From positions 4,348-68,347 of the forward strand of contig JAFGGN010000028.1 of the NCBI GenBank assembly GCA_016930535.1: 64,000 bases of DNA, read 5' to 3'. This DNA comes from a bacterium (GTDB lineage Bacteria > Zhuqueibacterota > QNDG01 > JAFGCO01). The notes under the pieces are model-generated. The model saw only the letters and a list, made by a program, of their open reading frames with translations, made no database searches and was not told where the DNA came from. Positions 58,450 to 64,000 of the stretch are shown piece after piece (the first letter of the stretch is position 1; every line of letters begins with the position of its first letter). The position numbers and the translations under genes were made by a program.

Positions 58450-58935
58450 TCATGAACGCCTGAACATACGAACCAGGATATGGTCGATCCCCCAGTTCCG
58501 GGCCGCGGGAAAAACGATCAGTACGAACAGTGCGGCCATTTCAACCACGTTTTTGTTTACGATCAGATAATTGCCCTCGGACGGGATGGAATAAAAAAGC
58601 CCGGCCAGGGGAGGATTGCACAGATAGTACAAAAATATCAGCGCCATGCCCGCCGCAGCGGCAATTCGTGTAAACGTTCCCGTGATCAGACCCAATCCGA
58701 TTAAAATAAGGCCCCAGATGTTCATTTGATTGACCAAGTTGAGCACGGTCTCGTTTGATACCATCCATTGAAATACCGGCGATAAAATCCATTTGGATTG
58801 ACTAAGAAAACCGGCAGCACTCCAGTTGCCCTTCAGCAGTTTGGCCACGCCTTCATATAAAAAGTGCCATCCGATCAGGATACGCAGGATGACGAGTGCG
58901 CATGTCTGCAGTTTCTGACTTTCCTTTATCTGCAT
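58450..58935 (-). CDS. DoxX family membrane protein (TQO small subunit-like)
   Basis: LRILIGWHFLYEGVAK, GLILIGLGLI, EGNYLIVNKN; 4 TM. Confidence 0.88.
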   Translation of the reverse strand: MQIKESQKLQTCALVILRILIGWHFLYEGVAKLLKGNWSAAGFLSQSKWILSPVFQWMVSNETVLNLVNQMNIWGLILIGLGLITGTFTRIAAAAGMALIFLYYLCNPPLAGLFYSIPSEGNYLIVNKNVVEMAALFVLIVFPAARNWGIDHILVRMFRRS

Positions 58936-58968
58936 GTAATGCTTGTCCTTTCAGAATGGTTTACCGGT

Positions 58969-60372
58969 TCAGATCAGGAAATCCTGCTCAGAAAACGCGA
59001 GCTGTTTTCCGGCTTTAACTGCTTCATTGACCTTGAGCACCGTGACCGCTGTTTCATAACCGGTTTCAGCGGGGCAGTTCAGGGTGTCCAGGCCCCTGAC
59101 TGTATTGAAAAAATTCTCGAGATGGGGCATATGATAGGGGTCTGTGAACACGATGGGAATGTCGTGCCGGTCCGGTGCAATCGTTTCACGCACATCGAGG
59201 ACCGCGCTGGTTGCCTGAGTGCCGGCCTTCTCGGGCGCAGAAAGATAGCCGAGACGCACCCATTCATCCCACTGCGGGGCATTGGGTTCACGGTACACGC
59301 CGCCGCGGTTTGACGATTCCGAAATATGCAGCGTGCCTTCGTCGCCCAGAAAGTTCTCAAAATACCCTTCGGAGCTGTTGCTGGTCAAGGTCTGATAAAA
59401 GGCCCTGACCGTGCCTGCCGGTGTTTCATATTCGTAAATAGCCAGCACTGTATCGTACCATTCATGGGCCGCGGGATCGTAATAATCCGTACCGCCGCTG
59501 GCGAGCACGGATTTGGGTCTGGCCTTCAGGAACCAGTTGTATATGTCGATCTGATGGGAACCCAGGTCCACGATCGGACCGCCGCCGAGGTTTTTGAACC
59601 ACCTCCAGTTGCGGAACTGGTGCATGGAGTCGAATCCGTATTTCCGGAGTATATCCGGCTGAATGGCATATTTTTCCGGCCAGCCCAGGTCCGGCTGTAC
59701 GGCCCTGTTCCACTGGCCGTTGACCGAGGTCATCCGGCCGAGCAGTTTCGCTTCCCGGATCAGTTTGTCATAACAATGCAGGTAACGGGGATTGCTGCGC
59801 CTCTGATGCCCGATCTGCAGCAGTTTTCCGGCTTTTCTCGAAGCCATGACCATGCGGTGCGCCCCTTCCAGCGTGTTCGACATTTCCTTTTCGCAGTACA
59901 CATGAAGACCGGCTTCCAGGCAGGCTACAGCATGATCGGCATGCCAGAAATCCGGTGAGGCGATCACCACAGCATCCAGGTCCTGTTCCCTGACGAGCAT
60001 ATCGCGGTAATCTATGTACCGGTTGACAGGGTGTCCGTACCGTTTGAGAATTCCGGCTGCGCGTTTTAAATTATATTCAGTCCAGATATCACACACTGCC
60101 TTGAAATGAAGGCCGGGCAGCTTCAGCATGGCGTCGATCAGTACCTGCCCCTGCGCACCGGAGCCGATTACGGCAATGTTCAGCGGTTCGAGATTTTCAG
60201 GAACAACTTTCGGTTTGGCCTTGGTCAGTTTTTTCTTTACGGATTGTTCATGAATCAGCGCTGCGCCGAACAGGCCGAGAACCGGTGTAGCGGCAAGCCC
60301 CTGAAGAAAATCCCTGCGGTCAATGGATGGATTTTGTTTGTTTTTGTCTTTATTCTGTTTGTCCGTCATCAC
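58969..60372 (-). CDS. Tat-exported Gfo/Idh/MocA oxidoreductase
   Basis: RRDFL signal; GSGAQG, SPDFWHA, VYCEKEM, QIGHQRRS, WRW..GGG..DLGSHQID. Confidence 0.9.
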   Translation of the reverse strand: MMTDKQNKDKNKQNPSIDRRDFLQGLAATPVLGLFGAALIHEQSVKKKLTKAKPKVVPENLEPLNIAVIGSGAQGQVLIDAMLKLPGLHFKAVCDIWTEYNLKRAAGILKRYGHPVNRYIDYRDMLVREQDLDAVVIASPDFWHADHAVACLEAGLHVYCEKEMSNTLEGAHRMVMASRKAGKLLQIGHQRRSNPRYLHCYDKLIREAKLLGRMTSVNGQWNRAVQPDLGWPEKYAIQPDILRKYGFDSMHQFRNWRWFKNLGGGPIVDLGSHQIDIYNWFLKARPKSVLASGGTDYYDPAAHEWYDTVLAIYEYETPAGTVRAFYQTLTSNSSEGYFENFLGDEGTLHISESSNRGGVYREPNAPQWDEWVRLGYLSAPEKAGTQATSAVLDVRETIAPDRHDIPIVFTDPYHMPHLENFFNTVRGLDTLNCPAETGYETAVTVLKVNEAVKAGKQLAFSEQDFLI

Positions 60373-60427
60373 TCATGGTCCTCTGCCATTGGCGGTGAAA
60401 TGGATGAAAGGCGATGAAATCCGCCCG

Positions 60428-61810
60428 TTAAAGCGTCCAGCCCTCCCTGTAGGGAATATGAAGCAGCCCGTTGGCTGCATCATGATTGGTGATTTCGCCT
60501 TTTTCTCCGTCCCAGTGATAAATCATGTTCTGATCCTGAAGCAGAATGGCCACATTGCCGAGCAGCATGGTTTCGGTCAATGGCCCGGAATAACTGAAAT
60601 CCGTGGTCGAATGTTCGCCCTTTTTTGCGGCCTCTATCCACTCCTCGTAAATACCGGGTGACCGGGGGATCGTCTTTTCCGGCCGCTTATAAGCCTGCAT
60701 CGCGGTTTCCGGTATGAGACGTGGATTGGAAGCGTAACACCCGGACATCAAGTATCCTTTGGTTCCGACAAACAGCATGCCGCCGTCACTCTCACCCAGC
60801 CGCCGGCTCTGCTCGAGCAATTCGGGACGTTCCGGCATTAATCCGCCGTCATACCAGGTCAGTTTGACCGGCGGCTTGTTTCCCCTTGCGGGAAACTGAT
60901 AGATGACTTTCGAGGCAACGGGCCACGACGCATCCGTAAACCGCGTGGAACTGGCCTGAACAGTCTCCGGATATTTGAGATCCAGGGCCCAGTAAGGATG
61001 ATTGATGATATGCGCCCCCATGTCTCCGAGTGCGCCCGTACCGAAATCGCGCCATCCGCGCCATACAAAATGGCAGAGCGCCGGATGATAGGGCCGCCAC
61101 TTCATTGGCCCGAGCCAGAGATTCCAGTCAAGGGAAGGAGGGACAGACGGAATTTCCGCGGGAGCGTCGATACCCTGCGGCCAGATCGGCCGGTTCGTCC
61201 AGCAGTGCACTTCCGACACCTCACCAATGGCGCCGTCCCATATCCACTCGTTGATCAGACGGGCACCTTCGCTGGCATGCCCCTGATTTCCCATCTGCGT
61301 GGTGACTTTCATCTTGCGGGCGGTGTCGGCCAATGCGCGTGCTTCGCGGATCGTATGCGTCAGCGGTTTTTGAACATAGACATGTTTGCCCATGTTCATG
61401 GCCGTGAGTGCGATCACGGCATGTGTGTGGTCCGGTGTCGTTACGGTAACGGCATCGATATCCTTGTGCATTTTATCGAGCATGACACGAAAATCTTTAA
61501 ATTTTTTCACCCTGGTAAACCAGTCTCCGGATCCAGGCAAATCTTCGAGATGACCAGGCAGTTCTGCTATTTTTGTATCGTCCACGTCACACAGGGCCAC
61601 GATGTTCTCATCAAAAACACCGCGAATATCACTCTTGCCTTTGCCTCCGGCACCGACACAGGCGATATTCAGCCGGTCACTGGGCGCCTTGCGGCCTTTG
61701 CCTCCAAGCACATGCGAGGGAAGTATGGTAACCGTGGCTGCAGCTGTAAGGGCGGTTGTACCGAGAAAATTCCGCCTCGACATATTCTGTTTGTTTTTTT
61801 CATCGTTCAT
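60428..61810 (-). CDS. Tat-exported Gfo/Idh/MocA oxidoreductase
   Basis: SRRNFLG signal; GAGGKG, TPDHTHA, VQKPL, QMGNQG, WRGWRDFGTGALGDMGAH. Confidence 0.92.
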   Translation of the reverse strand: MNDEKNKQNMSRRNFLGTTALTAAATVTILPSHVLGGKGRKAPSDRLNIACVGAGGKGKSDIRGVFDENIVALCDVDDTKIAELPGHLEDLPGSGDWFTRVKKFKDFRVMLDKMHKDIDAVTVTTPDHTHAVIALTAMNMGKHVYVQKPLTHTIREARALADTARKMKVTTQMGNQGHASEGARLINEWIWDGAIGEVSEVHCWTNRPIWPQGIDAPAEIPSVPPSLDWNLWLGPMKWRPYHPALCHFVWRGWRDFGTGALGDMGAHIINHPYWALDLKYPETVQASSTRFTDASWPVASKVIYQFPARGNKPPVKLTWYDGGLMPERPELLEQSRRLGESDGGMLFVGTKGYLMSGCYASNPRLIPETAMQAYKRPEKTIPRSPGIYEEWIEAAKKGEHSTTDFSYSGPLTETMLLGNVAILLQDQNMIYHWDGEKGEITNHDAANGLLHIPYREGWTL

Positions 61811-62184
61811 GACTGTTCCTTTTTCTATGGGTTGAAAAATGAAACGGTTTATTGCTCATTGTGAATTGATTGACATGAGGGCTGGTTGCCGGTTTGTCGT
61901 TCTCAGCATTTATGCCTGAAGGAACAATGAAATATGGTTGAAAATGATCAGCCGGACAATGACATGTTTTAAAAAAAAGCATGGCGACCTGAAGAAAATC
62001 ATCGGTTACATTTTGGTGTAACAACCAGACAATCCGTGTGTGTAATTAAAAGAATGTATATATATAAATCAAAAAAATCAAATTCATTATTGTCTAAATT
62101 TGTCATGAATTTTCATGTTGTATTTTTATATTTTCCGTTGTAATTTGGCTTGCCTGCTCACTGGTTATACTAATCGGAGGCAAT

Positions 62185-62388
62185 ATGCTTTTGGGAAAAC
62201 GCACATCGGTTCCGTATTCAGCATCAGGCAGACATCAGGATGATGACCGCGACTGGCAAAGGGAAAAACGCCGCCGTGAACGCGAAAAAACAGTGGAGAA
62301 ACGCAGACGTTTCGAAGATGAGGACGATGACGATATTACGTTCAGAAGGAAATTCAAACCCAAAAAAGAGCAATGGGATGGGGGCTGA
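62185..62388 (+). CDS. Small highly charged hypothetical protein
   Basis: GGAGG SD 4 nt upstream of ATG; R/K/E/D-rich 67 aa; AT-rich upstream region. Confidence 0.55.
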   Translation: MLLGKRTSVPYSASGRHQDDDRDWQREKRRREREKTVEKRRRFEDEDDDDITFRRKFKPKKEQWDGG

Positions 62389-62451
62389 GTCTTCACCATG
62401 ACTGGCATTTTTAAGGCACACTGCTTCAGTGAAATTCGATTGTTGATGATG

Positions 62452-63294
62452 ATGAAAAAACCGCTCTGTCTTCTGTTTATTCTGGGGATTTCCTGTTTCA
62501 ATGCACCCAGCCCTTCTTATCTGCGGCCCGGTCATCCGGAATGGCCGGCAGGATGGACCGCTGATGTGCCGGCCGATTCGCTTGAAAGACATTATATCTT
62601 TTACCGCAAATACGGGATCGACTGTTTCGGTATTTCTCCCTGTGCAGCCAGGGGAAGGGAATCCGCCTTGATCGATCTGTGCCGGAGCCGGTCTATCAAG
62701 CTGTATCTGCAGCTGGACACCATGTGCCTTCTTTCCTATGGAGAGAAAACATCGACGACCGAACAAATCGTACAAAGTCTTTTTGAACCCTGGATCCGTG
62801 CAGGCAGAAGACAATTTCCCGTTGACGTGATTCCTGCGGTAGAGATCAGGCTGCCTGCCGGTATTCCGGAACAGGAACTGGTCCCCGCACTGGAACGCAC
62901 GGTACCCGGTCTTTTGATACTGACAGGGAATAACGATGTTTATGCCGATCGACCGGATCTTGCCTCTGTAATGGACGGCCGGTATGAAATGGTGGTTCAT
63001 CCGCATCTGAGCATCGAACCGGATTCCCTGTCTGATTATCAGATCAGGAGATGTCTGGCCGGGGCCAGATCCGAAGCCGACAGTCTGCATGCCTGGTTCA
63101 TTCCGGAAATCACCATGCCCGCATTGCCGGCCGGTTCTGATTCGCTGCTGTCCATCCTGCTCGATGTGCGTGCGGATGCGGTCGTGTGGAAAGGCATGAT
63201 ATCCCAATCATATTATCGAAAGTTTCATGAGTTTCATAAGAACCTCATCCTTCAGGAAACCCAGGCGGATCCCTTTGAACAATCCGGCAGGTAA
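62452..63294 (+). CDS. Hypothetical putative lipoprotein
   Basis: MKKPLCLLFILGISC lipobox-like N-terminus; no family recognised. Confidence 0.55.
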   Translation: MKKPLCLLFILGISCFNAPSPSYLRPGHPEWPAGWTADVPADSLERHYIFYRKYGIDCFGISPCAARGRESALIDLCRSRSIKLYLQLDTMCLLSYGEKTSTTEQIVQSLFEPWIRAGRRQFPVDVIPAVEIRLPAGIPEQELVPALERTVPGLLILTGNNDVYADRPDLASVMDGRYEMVVHPHLSIEPDSLSDYQIRRCLAGARSEADSLHAWFIPEITMPALPAGSDSLLSILLDVRADAVVWKGMISQSYYRKFHEFHKNLILQETQADPFEQSGR

Positions 63295-63505
63295 AACGAC
63301 CCGATACCGCTCCATTTTCAATCTGAAAAATATATCCTTAATCAATCACAATTTGAACCGTTTTTAATCTGTTGCACGAACATCATTATTTTAATAATTA
63401 CAATATATTAAGATACAATATCGGTCCTGGTCTGTAATTTGCAGATGAATTCTTATTCATGTTCCAAACGGTACGGATTACAGATCCATGAAAATGGAGG
63501 AAATT

Positions 63506-64000
63506 ATGATCAGGCAACATGCTGTCAGATACGCGGCTGCGGGACCTGCTGTTTATGCCTTTTTTTTGATAACGTCCCTTTTTGCACAAACGCAAAGTCC
63601 GGGGCACTGGGATTATATCCTGGGAAAATTTAATGAACGTGAATACGTGTATGCCATTCTGGTAGACGGCGATCAGGTGTTCCTGGGCGGAAATTTTGAT
63701 CAAAGTTCCGAATACGGCGGTTTCGGTATCAAGGGGATTGCCCGGTATTTCAGGGATGGGCGTATGGAAGAGGTGGGCGGCGGCGTGCATGGCCAGGAAT
63801 TCGAGGTCAGGGCCATTTGCCAGACCGGTAAGGGACTCGTTATCGGCGGTCACTTTGTGATGGCCGGTGGAACCATTGTCAACAACGTGGCGCTGTTTGA
63901 CGGACAATCCTGGCAGGCGCTTGCTGGCGGCGTGAACAGCACCGTGTTTGCTTTGGCCGAATACCGCGGCGAGATTTATGCAGGCGGTGAATTTACACGC
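63506..64000 (+). CDS. Secreted beta-propeller repeat protein (Rax2-like; runs off window end)
   Basis: GGAGG SD; signal peptide; repeats VYAI..VFLGGNF, VRAI..LVIGGHF..NNVALFDGQSW, VFAL..IYAGGEF. Confidence 0.75.
   Translation, partial: MIRQHAVRYAAAGPAVYAFFLITSLFAQTQSPGHWDYILGKFNEREYVYAILVDGDQVFLGGNFDQSSEYGGFGIKGIARYFRDGRMEEVGGGVHGQEFEVRAICQTGKGLVIGGHFVMAGGTIVNNVALFDGQSWQALAGGVNSTVFALAEYRGEIYAGGEFTR

Noticed and set aside
63398-63907. 169-aa minus-strand ORF
   Set aside because: The plus-strand frame from 63506 has an SD, signal peptide and propeller repeats; it is missing from the ORF track only because it has no stop in the window
1-64000. Mobile elements, prophage, defence systems, tRNA/rRNA
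   Set aside because: No transposase, integrase, phage, cas or structural RNA signatures recognised by eye; a tRNAscan/Rfam run would be needed to exclude small RNAs

Overview
64-kb window from an anaerobic, diderm, FCB-superphylum bacterium. T9SS-type C-terminal sorting domains, a PorV-like barrel and standard Shine-Dalgarno usage suggest candidate division KSB1 or a relative (inference). In order: (1-5.4 kb) two iron-dependent alcohol dehydrogenases, a thioesterase and a fused NfnAB transhydrogenase; (5.4-13.6 kb) yceD-rpmF-plsX-fabHDG-acpP-fabF-rnc plus an acyl-CoA dehydrogenase; (13.7-17.4 kb) an rmlC/SDR/rmlD/GT4 sugar cassette; (17.4-23.8 kb) NUDIX, ispG, MBL, M23 peptidase, rhomboid and a DAACS symporter; (23.8-48.6 kb) a SusD-less galactan utilisation locus (PPIase, TonB-dependent receptor, 1178-aa Ca-motif T9SS-type cargo, PorV-like barrel, non-catalytic secreted protein, two GH53, unknown barrel protein, Zn-finger microprotein, GH112, GH42, MFS) with a divergent membrane-anchored winged-helix regulator and three 11-bp-phased repeats abutting a sigma70 promoter; (48.7-52.8 kb) a dimeric, probably non-bifurcating NADH-dependent [FeFe] hydrogenase with a Rex-like operator; (53-61.8 kb) a periplasmic 3-keto-glycoside-type oxidoreductase cluster interleaved with DoxX, a discoidin protein, a GT-C glycosyltransferase, ApbE and a GT2. 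No rRNA, tRNA, CRISPR array or mobile element was recognised. All family calls come from motif recognition by eye, not database searches.
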